64,000 nt of DNA from a bacterium (GTDB lineage: Bacteria; Synergistota; GBS-1), in assembly GCA_030153785.1 (NCBI GenBank), contig JASKLF010000005.1:90327-154326 (forward strand). Direction: 5' to 3'. The position numbers were made by a program, and so were the translations under genes. How positions within the stretch are numbered: position 1 is the first letter of the stretch; each line of letters opens with the position of its first letter. The notes below the pieces were generated by a model. The model was not told the origin of the DNA. It searched no databases and saw only the letters and a list, made by a program, of their open reading frames with translations. Shown here piece after piece: positions 18,909 through 28,525 of this stretch.

Positions 18909-19430
18909 ATGAAGGAGCTGAAGAAAAAATCGGCCTGGCGTGAGATTATAGAGACGATTCTGGTAGCGGTCGTTCTGGCATTGTTGATAAGGACCTTTGT
19001 GGTAGAGGCATTCTATATACCATCTTCCTCTATGGTTCCTACTTTAGAACCGGGCGACAGAATTCTTGTCTTGAAGTTTTACTATTACTTTACCGATCCT
19101 AAAAGGGGAGATATAGTGGTTTTCAGGTTTCCATTGGACCCATCTAAAGACCTTATAAAAAGAATAGTTGCCGTTGGTGGGGATGTGGTGAAGATAAGTA
19201 ATGGACACCTATACGTGAATGGCAAAGAGGTCAATGAGCCCTATGTGGTTAACAGAGACTTTTACAATATGCCTTCCGTGACGGTTCCAAAGGGGTTTTT
19301 CTTTGTTTTGGGAGATAATAGGCCCAACAGTGAAGATAGCAGGTATTGGGGGTTTCTTCCAAGGGAGAATATAAAGGGTAAAGCCGTGGTTAGATACTGG
19401 CCTCCCTCAAGGATAGGATTGATAAGATGA
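18909..19430 (+). CDS. lepB: Signal peptidase I
   Basis: IPS.SM.PTL (Ser), IKR (Lys), GDNR.NS.DSR. Confidence 0.95.
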   Translation: MKELKKKSAWREIIETILVAVVLALLIRTFVVEAFYIPSSSMVPTLEPGDRILVLKFYYYFTDPKRGDIVVFRFPLDPSKDLIKRIVAVGGDVVKISNGHLYVNGKEVNEPYVVNRDFYNMPSVTVPKGFFFVLGDNRPNSEDSRYWGFLPRENIKGKAVVRYWPPSRIGLIR

Positions 19431-20167
19431 GGAGGAGCTGGTATCCAGGCCATATAGCCAAGGGTAGAGAGCTTATAAAGGAGGCTTCTAAGTATGCCAA
19501 CCTTGTGTTGATGGTCTTGGATGCGCGGGCTCCTCTCTCTACAATTCCACCTTGGGAGCCTCCAGAAGGCAAGGAGGTATGGAAGGTTTTAACCAAGATA
19601 GACCTTGCTGATGAGGAAGCCACGAGGGAGTGGTTAAGTTATTTTGGCGAAAACGCTATAGGGGTGAATTCGAAAACGGGTGAGGGTTTTAATAAGCTTT
19701 TCAGAAAATTGGCTTCTTTTCCAAGGGCAAAGGTTTTGGTGGTAGGTATACCAAATGTGGGTAAGTCTTCCTTGATAAATAGGCTATTGGGAAGGAAGAA
19801 GTCTAAGGTAGGTCCTCTTCCAGGGGTTACACGCGGAGGAGTATGGTTTAGGGCAGATTGGGGGTTGCTCTTTGATACTCCCGGCATACTTGAGCCAAAG
19901 TTAACGGAGGAAGGAAAGCTTATCCTTTCGTGGCTTGGCTGTTTGAAAGAAGATGTCTTGTGGAGTAGTTTAATTTCCCTTGCGGAAAAGCTTATAGAAA
20001 GGCTCTCCCTTCCGTTTTCCCTTGAGGATGTGGCTAAAAGGAGAGGGTTCTTAAAGAAGGGAGGGGAGCTTGATCTTGAGAAAGCCGCTTCAAGCTTACT
20101 TAGAGATTTTAGAGAAGGAAGGCTTGGAAGATGGACGCTTGAGTTCCCTCCTTGTAGCGGGAGTTGA
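19427..20167 (+). CDS. rbgA: Ribosome biogenesis GTPase RbgA (YlqF)
   Basis: WYPGH, DAR.P, TKIDL, GIPNVGKSS, PGVTR, DTPG (circularly permuted GTPase). Confidence 0.92.
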   Translation: MRRSWYPGHIAKGRELIKEASKYANLVLMVLDARAPLSTIPPWEPPEGKEVWKVLTKIDLADEEATREWLSYFGENAIGVNSKTGEGFNKLFRKLASFPRAKVLVVGIPNVGKSSLINRLLGRKKSKVGPLPGVTRGGVWFRADWGLLFDTPGILEPKLTEEGKLILSWLGCLKEDVLWSSLISLAEKLIERLSLPFSLEDVAKRRGFLKKGGELDLEKAASSLLRDFREGRLGRWTLEFPPCSGS

Positions 20168-20699
20168 TGAAGCGGGAAGGGGACCTTTGGCAGGTCCAGT
20201 AGTTGCGGCTGCTGTTATACTCCCTCCTGAGTATTTTGATGAGAATATTAGAGATTGTAAGAAGCTTTCCCCCTGTAGGAGGGAGGAGCTTTTCCTTCTG
20301 CTGAGGGAGAAGGCATTGTGCTGGTCCGTAGGTATCGTTTCTTCCCAAGAAATTGATAAGATGAATATTCTTTCAGCCTCTCTTGAGGCGATGAGAAGAG
20401 CGATTCTAAAGCTCAGACTGAAGCCCGATGTGATTCTCGTTGACGGTATCCACAAGATTCCCTTCATAGACATTCCTCAGAAGGTGATACCTAAGGGGGA
20501 TGAGGTCTGTTTTGCTATATCTGCGGCCTCTATTATTGCCAAGGTGATCAGGGATAGAATAATGTGCGCTATGGACAAGCTTTATCCGGAGTATGGCTTT
20601 TCCAAGCATAAAGGTTATCCTACGAGGGAGCACAAGCTTGCCCTTTTACGTTACGGTCCTTCGCCCATCCACAGGAGGAGCTTTAAGGGAGTGTCTTAA
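20139..20699 (+). CDS. rnhB: Ribonuclease HII
   Basis: AGVDEAGRGPLAGPVVAAA, KGD, AASIIAKV.RD, HKGYPT, HRRSF. Likely TTG start at 20139; ORF extends to 20070. Confidence 0.95.
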   Translation: MSSLLVAGVDEAGRGPLAGPVVAAAVILPPEYFDENIRDCKKLSPCRREELFLLLREKALCWSVGIVSSQEIDKMNILSASLEAMRRAILKLRLKPDVILVDGIHKIPFIDIPQKVIPKGDEVCFAISAASIIAKVIRDRIMCAMDKLYPEYGFSKHKGYPTREHKLALLRYGPSPIHRRSFKGVS

Positions 20700-20701
20700 G
20701 G

Positions 20702-21781
20702 TTGAGTTATATAAGACTCAGTGGTTCAAGTGATGTTTTAAACAGGCTTGCTCCTCTTAAGGGTAGAGTTATAGAGGGTAGGGTTGTGGGAAGGGCAGGA
20801 GATCTCTCCTTGCTTGAGATAGGAGATCTTATCTTTACCGCTGAGAGCAAAGTTCCGCTAAAGGTGGGAGCTAAGGTTTCGTTGTGGATCAAGGGGATTC
20901 TTGGTGATAAGCTTCATCTTCAGCTTCTTTCCGAGGAAGAAGTGGATGAAGGTTTTCTCAGGCTAAATCTGAAGGATACGCCCGAAAACCGTCTTGCTTA
21001 CAGGTTTTTAAAGGGATTGGGATTGAACTTTGGCAGGGAAGAGGTAGAGCTTTTAGGAGAGCTTATTTTAAGGAGTAAAGACCTTTCCTTCTTGCTCGAA
21101 AGCTTGAGAGCTCTTCACTTAAGGCTTGGATTATCAAATGCTTTCCTTAAGCTCCTGCTTCAGCTTGGAGACACCTTCTTTTTGAAGGAGCTCATTTTAA
21201 AGCTTCTTCTTTATGGAGATGAGGAAGTAAGAGGAGCTCTTAAAAGGATAATTCCAAAAGGTGATAGCATATCGGCGGAGTCTATAAGAACCTTTCTTTT
21301 AGAAAGCGGAATTGTGAGATTTGGAAAGCTGGCTAACCTTTTGCTTGAGGGGAAAGATGTTAACGGGGCAAAGCTTTTAGCTTGGCTTCTTCTTCCAAGG
21401 CTTTTAAGTCTTTCTCCTAAAGAAGAGGAGTGGCTGGTATATCTGTGGTTTCCTGTTTTATGGGAAGAAAACGATATCCTTATTTCCACCTTGAAGAAGC
21501 ACAAGGGTAGTAGGGGGAAGGAGGAAGATGAGGAAAGATATGAACTTCTTCTTGAGCTTAAAAGCCTTGGAAAGATAAGGGTTTTATTTTATATCTTTAA
21601 AGAGAGGCTTTGGATAACTTTCGAGGCTGAGGACGAAAAGACGCTCGCAATGATAAAAAGATACCTCCATGAGCTTTCTTCTTCTTTGGAGGGCCAGGGA
21701 TATAGGATAGGAGGGATTTTTTCACGGTCAATGGTTATCGATAGACCCTTCGAGGGGGAGGCCGTAGATATAAAGATATGA
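20702..21781 (+). CDS. YlqG-like protein with a C-terminal FliK (T3S4)-like domain
   Basis: C-terminal L.L..LGKI.V...ERL.I.F......L...L.EL...L..QGY; sits between rnhB and an FlhB-C-like gene, as ylqG does in Bacillota. Confidence 0.65.
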   Translation: MSYIRLSGSSDVLNRLAPLKGRVIEGRVVGRAGDLSLLEIGDLIFTAESKVPLKVGAKVSLWIKGILGDKLHLQLLSEEEVDEGFLRLNLKDTPENRLAYRFLKGLGLNFGREEVELLGELILRSKDLSFLLESLRALHLRLGLSNAFLKLLLQLGDTFFLKELILKLLLYGDEEVRGALKRIIPKGDSISAESIRTFLLESGIVRFGKLANLLLEGKDVNGAKLLAWLLLPRLLSLSPKEEEWLVYLWFPVLWEENDILISTLKKHKGSRGKEEDEERYELLLELKSLGKIRVLFYIFKERLWITFEAEDEKTLAMIKRYLHELSSSLEGQGYRIGGIFSRSMVIDRPFEGEAVDIKI

Positions 21782-22053
21782 GGGAAGAGGAAAAGAGGAG
21801 AAAGGCTGCTGCCTTAAAGTATAATGAAGAGGAGGATAGAGCTCCAAAGGTTGTCGCCTCGGGCAGAGGCAGGATAGCCGAAAAGATAGTGGAAATAGCT
21901 AAGGAATATAATATACCTATATACGAAGACCCAGACCTTGTTGAGCTTTTGTTAAAAGTGGATATAGGAGAGGAAATCCCTCCCGAGCTTTATAAGGCAG
22001 TGGCTGAGGTTTTAGCCTTTATATATAAGTTGAGGGAGGTAGCTAAGGGTTGA
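21778..22053 (+). CDS. Stand-alone FlhB C-terminal subdomain protein (YlqH/FlhX, EscU/YscU family)
   Basis: AAALKY...[33 protein letters not shown]. Confidence 0.9.
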   Translation: [91 protein letters not shown]

Positions 22054-23147
22054 GATGTTTGCCTGTTACAAAGCTTGAGGAAGGAATGGTTGTAGGGAAA
22101 ACGATTTACACATCTGACGGTAGGCCTCTTTTACGAAGAGGAATAGTTCTTGAAAAGAGGCATATAGATAGGCTTAAGAGATTAGGGGTTCCAGTAATTT
22201 ATATCGAAGAGGAGCCGTTAAGGGGAATAGATGCTGAAGACATCATAATGGACAAGGTCAGGATGAATGCCGTTCAGGAAGCCCGTAGGTTGATGCTGAA
22301 AATTAGAAGGGAACTGAGGTTTTATAATAAAAAGATTTTCGATATAGATTTGAGCGAGGATATAGAAAGAGTCAGAAAAGTCGTAGACTCTCTTATGAAG
22401 GAAGTTTTCAGGACGAGAGAGGCTCTTTATAGCTTCATTGATGTGAGAGGCATAGAGGACTTTATATACGGACACATGGTTAATGTAACGGTTTTGGGCA
22501 TGATGACCGGTTTGTCTTTAGGATATAAAGCGGATAAACTTTTCCTATTGGGGGTGGGTCTTTTCCTTCATGATATAGGTAAGGCTCTCTTAGATGATAC
22601 TGTTTTGGCTTATCAGAAGGTATTTGAAGAGGAGAAAAACCCCCTTATAATAGAGCACACAATTACGGGTTATCAGATAGTTAAAAGTATCCCTGATGTT
22701 TCGCTACTTTCAGCTCATGTGGCTTATCAGCATCACGAAAGGGTTGATGGCAGTGGCTATCCCCGAGGCCTTTCTGGTTCGGATATTCATGACTTTGCTA
22801 AGATAGCGAGTGTGGTTAATGTTTACGATATCTTGGTCTCTGGGGCTCCCTTTCATCCAAGGGTGAAGCCCAACGAGGCTGTTGAGATAGTGAAGAGGAA
22901 TGTGGGAAGCATGTTTGATAAAGAGGTGGTCGAAGCGTTTTTGAAGAACGTTGCCCTATATCCCGTTGGGAGCATGGTTAGGCTTTCTACAGGGGAGATA
23001 GCCGTCGTTTCTCAAACCAGAAAAGGGTTCCCCGATGCCCCTGTGGTTAGGATAATCAGGGATAAGGATGGTAGGTCTCTTGAACTTCCCGTTGAGATAG
23101 ACCTTTCGGTTAATAGGGATATAAGGGTGGAGGAAATTATAGAGTGA
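22050..23147 (+). CDS. HD-GYP domain protein (c-di-GMP phosphodiesterase family)
   Basis: LHDIGK, EH...GY, HHERVDGSGYP.GL, FD..VV..F, YPVG..V.LSTGE. Confidence 0.88.
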   Translation: MRCLPVTKLEEGMVVGKTIYTSDGRPLLRRGIVLEKRHIDRLKRLGVPVIYIEEEPLRGIDAEDIIMDKVRMNAVQEARRLMLKIRRELRFYNKKIFDIDLSEDIERVRKVVDSLMKEVFRTREALYSFIDVRGIEDFIYGHMVNVTVLGMMTGLSLGYKADKLFLLGVGLFLHDIGKALLDDTVLAYQKVFEEEKNPLIIEHTITGYQIVKSIPDVSLLSAHVAYQHHERVDGSGYPRGLSGSDIHDFAKIASVVNVYDILVSGAPFHPRVKPNEAVEIVKRNVGSMFDKEVVEAFLKNVALYPVGSMVRLSTGEIAVVSQTRKGFPDAPVVRIIRDKDGRSLELPVEIDLSVNRDIRVEEIIE

Positions 23148-23488
23148 GAGCCTTGGGAAGGGATGGAGAGGAAAGGGCGGTTCAATATCTTAAGAAAAGG
23201 GGATATCAGATTTTAGAGAGAAATTATTTTACCCGATACGGTGAAATCGATATAGTTGCGAAGAAAAAAGGAGTTATCGTTTTCGTCGAGGTGAAAAGTA
23301 ATCGATCTTGGAATGCAGAGTATAGCTTTACCCCTTATAAGGCCAAGAGAGTTTATAAGGCTGCAATGATTTACCTCTCTTCCAAGAATCTGTGTGAATC
23401 CCCATATAGATTTGACCTGATTGCAATAAATGGTGAAGATATCGTTCATTATGAGAACATTTTGGAGGAAGGTGGGGTTATTGGTTAG
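23144..23488 (+). CDS. yraN: YraN (UPF0102) nuclease-family protein
   Basis: G..GEE.A..YL..GY.ILERN, GEIDIVA, FVEVK, RFD. Confidence 0.92.
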   Translation: MRALGRDGEERAVQYLKKRGYQILERNYFTRYGEIDIVAKKKGVIVFVEVKSNRSWNAEYSFTPYKAKRVYKAAMIYLSSKNLCESPYRFDLIAINGEDIVHYENILEEGGVIG

Positions 23489-25013
23489 CTTTTGTTGGAC
23501 GGTGGCCTTTGAAGGTCTCGAACCTGTTCCTGTGAGGGTTGAAGTGGATATATCTAAGGGGTTGCCTTCTTTTAACCTTGTGGGATTACCCGACACGGTA
23601 GTTAAGGAATCTAAGGAGAGGGTAAGATCGGCACTAAAAAACAACGGTTTTACCTTCCCCTCAAATAGGGTGGTAGTTAACCTTGTACCGGCAGACCTTA
23701 AGAAGGAAGGAAGTCATTTCGACTTTCCGATAGCCTTGGCCTTGCTTTCCGCTTTGGGGGAGCTTCCGAATCTTTCCGATTGGCTAATATTTGGAGAGCT
23801 CTCTCTTAATGGGGAGCTCGAGCGAACCAAAGGAGCGATTTTAGCGGCCTCTTTGGCAAAGGATAGGGGCTTAAGGTTCCTTTTCCCTTCGAAAAACCTT
23901 CTTGAAGTTTCCCCCGTTGCGAGCGGTTTATCCGCCTACGCTGTTGGTAATCTCTCTCAGGCCTTTGCTTTTCTTAAGGGGATGTTAAATCTTGAAACCG
24001 TGAAGCCTTCATTCCTTGAGCCGTTACCCTTTGAATCGGAGTTTGATATGTCCGATGTGAAGGGGCAGGCCTTTGCTAAAAGAGCTTTGGAGATAGGAGC
24101 ATCGGGCTGGCATAATATTATAATGATAGGGCCTCCCGGCAGCGGGAAGACGATGCTTTCTAAAATTTTGGCCTCCCTTCTTCCTCCCATGTCTGAGGAG
24201 GAAGTGGTTGAGGTCTCAAAGATATACAGCCTATCTGGCCATCTCGGTGATGGCTTGATACTTCAAAGGCCCTTTAGGTCTCCACATCATACCATAAGCG
24301 AGGTTGGTCTGTGTGGTGGGGGTGGAAGTCCACGCCCTGGAGAAATAACCTTGGCTCACAGAGGGGTTTTGTTTTTGGATGAGCTCCCCGAGTTTTCAAG
24401 AAGGTCCTTGGAGATATTGAGACAGCCCTTGGAAGAGGGAAGGGTAAGCTTGTCAAGGGCAGGATACTCAGTTAATTTACCCGCTCGCTTTCTTTTAATC
24501 TGTGCAATGAACCCATGTCCTTGTGGCTTTCTGGGAGACCCTGAAAGGGAGTGCAAATGCACTCCGATGGCAATTAGAAGGTATTTTTCTAAGCTTTCTG
24601 GTCCCTTGATAGATAGGATAGATTTACATGTTGAGGTGCCGAGGCTGAAGCCTAACGAGCTTGTATCCGATGCTTCTTCTTCCAAGTTAGAGACAAATGA
24701 GGATGTAAGAAGGAGGGTTTCTAAGGCGTGGGAGATACAGAAACAAAGATTTTCCTCTCCCTTTAAATTTAACTCAATGATGACCCCTCAGGAGATAAAG
24801 AAGTTTTGCTTTTTGGGTAAGGAAGAAAGAGGTTTTTTGAGAAAGGCTATAAGTGACCTGGGTTTAACGGCAAGGGCCTATTCAAAGGTTTTGAAAGTTG
24901 CGCGAACGATAGCTGATTTACAAGACAGCTCTGAAATTAAAGTTGAGCATCTTGCCGAGGCTTTGTCCTTTAGACTCTTGGATAGAGAGGAGACGCCATG
25001 GACGACCGTTTAG
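23481..25013 (+). CDS. comM: ComM/YifB Mg-chelatase-like AAA+ ATPase
   Basis: VGLPD..VKES.ERV, NL.PAD..KEGS.FD, GPPGSGKT, RPFRSPHH, LFLDELPEF, AMNPCPCG. Likely TTG start at 23481. Confidence 0.93.
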   Translation: MVSFCWTVAFEGLEPVPVRVEVDISKGLPSFNLVGLPDTVVKESKERVRSALKNNGFTFPSNRVVVNLVPADLKKEGSHFDFPIALALLSALGELPNLSDWLIFGELSLNGELERTKGAILAASLAKDRGLRFLFPSKNLLEVSPVASGLSAYAVGNLSQAFAFLKGMLNLETVKPSFLEPLPFESEFDMSDVKGQAFAKRALEIGASGWHNIIMIGPPGSGKTMLSKILASLLPPMSEEEVVEVSKIYSLSGHLGDGLILQRPFRSPHHTISEVGLCGGGGSPRPGEITLAHRGVLFLDELPEFSRRSLEILRQPLEEGRVSLSRAGYSVNLPARFLLICAMNPCPCGFLGDPERECKCTPMAIRRYFSKLSGPLIDRIDLHVEVPRLKPNELVSDASSSKLETNEDVRRRVSKAWEIQKQRFSSPFKFNSMMTPQEIKKFCFLGKEERGFLRKAISDLGLTARAYSKVLKVARTIADLQDSSEIKVEHLAEALSFRLLDREETPWTTV

Positions 25014-26074
25014 CCCTGTTGGGTCTTAATATGGTAGATGGCTTGGGTCCCGCTAAGCTCTCTTCGTTAATTTCCTTTTTTGGTTCACCCTTACTTGCTT
25101 GGGAAGCCTCCATGAAAGAACTACTTCAGGTTCCTGGCATAGGGGAGAAGACGGCAGGGGCTCTGAGGGAGATTAAAAGGAAAGGCCTTCTTGATAGAGA
25201 AGTGGAGCTTATGGATAGGGAAGGGATAACTTTTTTAACCCTCCTTGATGAAGGCTATCCTTCCCTTCTTAGGGAGATAAGGTGGCCACCTTTTGTGCTT
25301 TATTTAAAGGGATTTTTGAAGGAAGGTATAAAAAACATCGCCATAGTTGGAACGAGAAGGCCTTCCCTTTACGGTAGGAAGGTTGCAAGGGAGCTTGGTA
25401 GAGATTTTGCCCTTTCGGGCCTTTGTGTAGTAAGCGGCCTTGCTCGGGGAATAGATTCGGAGGCTCATAGAGGAGCTTTAGAAGGAAACGGCATAACTTA
25501 TGCTGTTTTGGGTTCGGGACTTCTTAGGTTGTATCCACCCGAGTTTAAGGGATTGGCTGAAGAGATAGCCTCTAACGGAGCCTTATTAAGCGAGTATTCC
25601 CTTCTTACCCCTCCTATGGCACAGAATTTTCCTCGTAGAAATAGAATTATAAGTGGCCTGTCAGATGGTGTTATCGTTGTTGAGGCTCCTTTAAAGAGTG
25701 GTGCTATGATAACGGCTTCTTATGCTTTAGATCAGGGTAGAGATGTTTTCGCTGTTCCTGGAAATATATATTCACCGAAAAGTGTGGGCCCGAATATACT
25801 TATTCAACAGGGAGCAAAGCCCGTTTTAAAATCGAGCGATGTTCTTGAGGAATACGGGATTGAAGTGAGCTTTATTGAAGGAGATTCTAAAAATTCGGAT
25901 ATTTCTGAGGAAGAGAAAAGAATTCTCGATAAATTGCCTATTGGAGAGGCTTTTTTCATCGATAATTTATTTTTTGATGATGTCAATTGCGAGAAATTTG
26001 CTATAATAACTATGCTTGAGATAAAAGGATACTTAAAGAGAATCGAGGGGAACAAGATTGTTCGGCAAAGGTAA
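24998..26074 (+). CDS. dprA: DNA-processing protein DprA
   Basis: AIVGTR..S.YG, VSGLARGID..AH, FPRRNRIISG, VFAVPG. Confidence 0.95.
   Translation: MDDRLALLGLNMVDGLGPAKLSSLISFFGSPLLAWEASMKELLQVPGIGEKTAGALREIKRKGLLDREVELMDREGITFLTLLDEGYPSLLREIRWPPFVLYLKGFLKEGIKNIAIVGTRRPSLYGRKVARELGRDFALSGLCVVSGLARGIDSEAHRGALEGNGITYAVLGSGLLRLYPPEFKGLAEEIASNGALLSEYSLLTPPMAQNFPRRNRIISGLSDGVIVVEAPLKSGAMITASYALDQGRDVFAVPGNIYSPKSVGPNILIQQGAKPVLKSSDVLEEYGIEVSFIEGDSKNSDISEEEKRILDKLPIGEAFFIDNLFFDDVNCEKFAIITMLEIKGYLKRIEGNKIVRQR
25980..26007 (+). promoter_or_regulatory. Internal promoter in the AT-rich 3' end of dprA (for smg-trmFO)
   Basis: TGCTATAAT extended -10 at 25999-26007; weak -35 ATGTCA. Confidence 0.5.
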
Positions 26075-26381
26075 GGATGCTAAAGGTTTTTCCTTTGAGG
26101 AGGGAAGGGAGATGGAAGAGAAGCTTGTTAGGGTTCTTCATGCAAGAGAGAAGCTGAGGCTTACCCCCGCTGCTGAGGGGATTATTTATAAAGCTGTCCA
26201 GATGGGATTACTTAGCGAGAAGGATAGGGAAACGCTTTTAGAGCAGATAATGTTTCTTTCCCCCAGCAAGTTTGAGGAGATAGATGTGGAGGAGCTTAGA
26301 TTTATAATGGAGGACTTCATAGAGGATGAAGATATGCTAACCGTCCTTTTCGAGGAGGGGCAGGGAAGGATATTAAATTGA
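26058..26381 (+). CDS. Smg/DUF494 family protein (short form)
   Basis: RVL...E..RLTP.A.G.......G.L....RE..LEQ.M......ID.EEL pattern; immediately downstream of dprA, as smg usually is. Confidence 0.7.
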   Translation: MFGKGKDAKGFSFEEGREMEEKLVRVLHAREKLRLTPAAEGIIYKAVQMGLLSEKDRETLLEQIMFLSPSKFEEIDVEELRFIMEDFIEDEDMLTVLFEEGQGRILN

Positions 26382-27673
26382 AAGAGGTTTATATCATAGG
26401 TGGGGGTCTTGCTGGTAGTGAAGCGGCATGGCAGCTTGCTAAAAGAGGAATAAAGGTTATCCTTTTTGAGATGAGGCCTAATGTGATGACGCCTGCTCAT
26501 AAAACGGGCTATCTTGCTGAGCTCGTCTGTAGTAACTCTCTTGGAGCAGAAGGGCTTGATACCGCTTCCGGGCTTCTTAAGGAGGAGATGAAGCTATTAG
26601 GATCTATGATATTGGAGTGCGCTTATGCTTCAAGGGTTCCTGCAGGTAAGGCTTTGGCTGTTGATAGGGAAAAATTTGCAAAGCTTGTGAGTCAGAGGAT
26701 AACATCTCATCCACTGATAGAGGTCGTGAGAGAAGAGGTAAAGGAAATTCCGGGTGATGGAGAAGTTATTGTCGCTACAGGACCATTGACTTCTCAGTCC
26801 CTTGCTCAGAAGTTGAGGGAACTTTTAGGGTCTGATTATCTATACTTTTACGATGCCGTATCCCCCATAGTTACTTACGACTCCCTTAATATGGATAAGA
26901 TCTTTAAAGGATCAAGGTATGGCATAGGTGAGGATTATTTAAACTGTCCCATGACCAAAGATGAGTATGAGGCCTTTTGGGAAGAGTTAATTAAGGCAGA
27001 GCGGTATCCTCTTCACCCCTTCGAAGACCCAAAATACTTCGAGGGGTGTTTGCCTATAGAAGTCATAGCCTCAAGAGGAAAGGAAACCCTTCTTTACGGT
27101 CCTCTTAAACCCGTTGGTTTAATTGACCCCAAAACCGGTAAGATGCCTTATGCTGTGGTTCAGCTAAGAAAGGAAAACGTGGAGGGAACGCTTTATAATC
27201 TGGTAGGTTTTCAAACGAACCTTAAGTGGAGCGAGCAAAAAAGGGTCTTTCGAATGATTCCCGGCCTTGAAAATGCGGAGTTCGTCAGATACGGAGTCAT
27301 GCACAGAAACATATTTATAAACTCTCCTACCCTTTTAGATAGATCTCTCCGATTTAAGAAGGATAGAAGGATACTTTTTGCCGGTCAGATTGTGGGCGTT
27401 GAAGGTTACATGGAATCCACCGCCATGGGTTTAGTGGCAGCTTTAAGTATCTTGTGTGACGGAGAAATTGATATACCTGAATATACCATGATAGGTTCCC
27501 TTTTAAAGTATATTACAACGGCTTCTCCTTCACACTTTCAACCCATGAATGCCAACTTTGGTATACTTCCCCCCCTTGACGTTAAGGAGCGAGATAAGAA
27601 GCGGAGAAAAATAAAGCTTTCTAACAGGGCTATAAATGCCTTGACAAATTGGCTTAAATGTGTAAAATATTAG
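26378..27673 (+). CDS. trmFO: Folate/FAD-dependent tRNA m5U54 methyltransferase TrmFO
   Basis: IGGGLAGSEAAWQ, AELVCSNS, LAVDR, FYDA..PI, VGFQT, RYGVMHRN, FQPMN.NFG. Confidence 0.96.
   Translation: MKEVYIIGGGLAGSEAAWQLAKRGIKVILFEMRPNVMTPAHKTGYLAELVCSNSLGAEGLDTASGLLKEEMKLLGSMILECAYASRVPAGKALAVDREKFAKLVSQRITSHPLIEVVREEVKEIPGDGEVIVATGPLTSQSLAQKLRELLGSDYLYFYDAVSPIVTYDSLNMDKIFKGSRYGIGEDYLNCPMTKDEYEAFWEELIKAERYPLHPFEDPKYFEGCLPIEVIASRGKETLLYGPLKPVGLIDPKTGKMPYAVVQLRKENVEGTLYNLVGFQTNLKWSEQKRVFRMIPGLENAEFVRYGVMHRNIFINSPTLLDRSLRFKKDRRILFAGQIVGVEGYMESTAMGLVAALSILCDGEIDIPEYTMIGSLLKYITTASPSHFQPMNANFGILPPLDVKERDKKRRKIKLSNRAINALTNWLKCVKY
27641..27668 (+). promoter_or_regulatory. Internal promoter at the trmFO 3' end for xerC-hslV-hslU-codY
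   Basis: TTGACA-N16-TAAAAT, ending 11 nt before the xerC ATG; no SD. Confidence 0.65.
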
Positions 27674-27679
27674 CTTAAA

Positions 27680-28525
27680 ATGGGCTTTGAAGTAGTTTTA
27701 GATGAATTTTTACGAGAGCTTAGTTTCTTTAGAGGCTTTTCAGAACATACGATCAAGGCATATTCTTCTGATATATGTGCTTTTTTATCTTTTTTAGAAG
27801 AAAGAAATTTAAATCTTGATAGGCATGCGTTATGGGAATACAGAGTTTTCCTTTCTTCTCAGGAGTACGAGAGAAGCAGTATAGCGCGAAAGCTTTCTTC
27901 ATTGAGGGCTTTTTTAAAGTATCTTCAGAGGAATGGACTTTTAAAGGAAAGCCTTGACAGACTTGTTAAGAATCCGAGGATGAACAGGCCCTTGCCAAGG
28001 GCCTTATCTAAGGAGGAAGTAGAAAGGCTTATATCCTGTGCGTCGAGCTTAAGAGATAGGGCTATAATTGAGTTCATTTATGCCACAGGTGTCAGGGTTG
28101 GGGAACTCGTTTCCTTGAATTGGAGCGACATAGATTGGAACAATGAAATAGTAAGGATCTTAGGAAAGGGTAATAAGGAGAGAATCGTTCCTATAGGTTC
28201 TAAAGCCCTCGAGGCTTTAAAGGCTTACGGAAAAGAGGGAGGCATGAACGGTCCCTTGTTTAAGAACAAGAAAGGTGGCAGACTTACAGCAAGGAGCGTT
28301 GAGAGGATAATAAAAAATGTGGCCCTTCGGGCGGGTTTAGGGGGGGATATTACTCCTCACGTCTTGAGGCATTCTTTTGCCACTCATCTTCTTGAGGGAG
28401 GAGCGGACTTAAGGATTGTTCAGGAGCTTTTGGGGCACTCCAGCCTTGCTACGACGCAGATATATACGAAAATAACCTTAGAGAGAATGAAGGAGGTGTA
28501 TAACTTTGCTCATCCGCGAAGTTAG
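27680..28525 (+). CDS. xerC: Tyrosine recombinase XerC (CodV)
   Basis: [34 protein letters not shown]; canonical trmFO-xerC-hslVU-codY synteny. Confidence 0.92.
   Translation: MGFEVVLDEFLRELSFFRGFSEHTIKAYSSDICAFLSFLEERNLNLDRHALWEYRVFLSSQEYERSSIARKLSSLRAFLKYLQRNGLLKESLDRLVKNPRMNRPLPRALSKEEVERLISCASSLRDRAIIEFIYATGVRVGELVSLNWSDIDWNNEIVRILGKGNKERIVPIGSKALEALKAYGKEGGMNGPLFKNKKGGRLTARSVERIIKNVALRAGLGGDITPHVLRHSFATHLLEGGADLRIVQELLGHSSLATTQIYTKITLERMKEVYNFAHPRS

Noticed and set aside
27680..28525. Integrase of a mobile element
   Set aside because: Housekeeping xerC in conserved trmFO-hslVU-codY context; no att sites or cargo genes.
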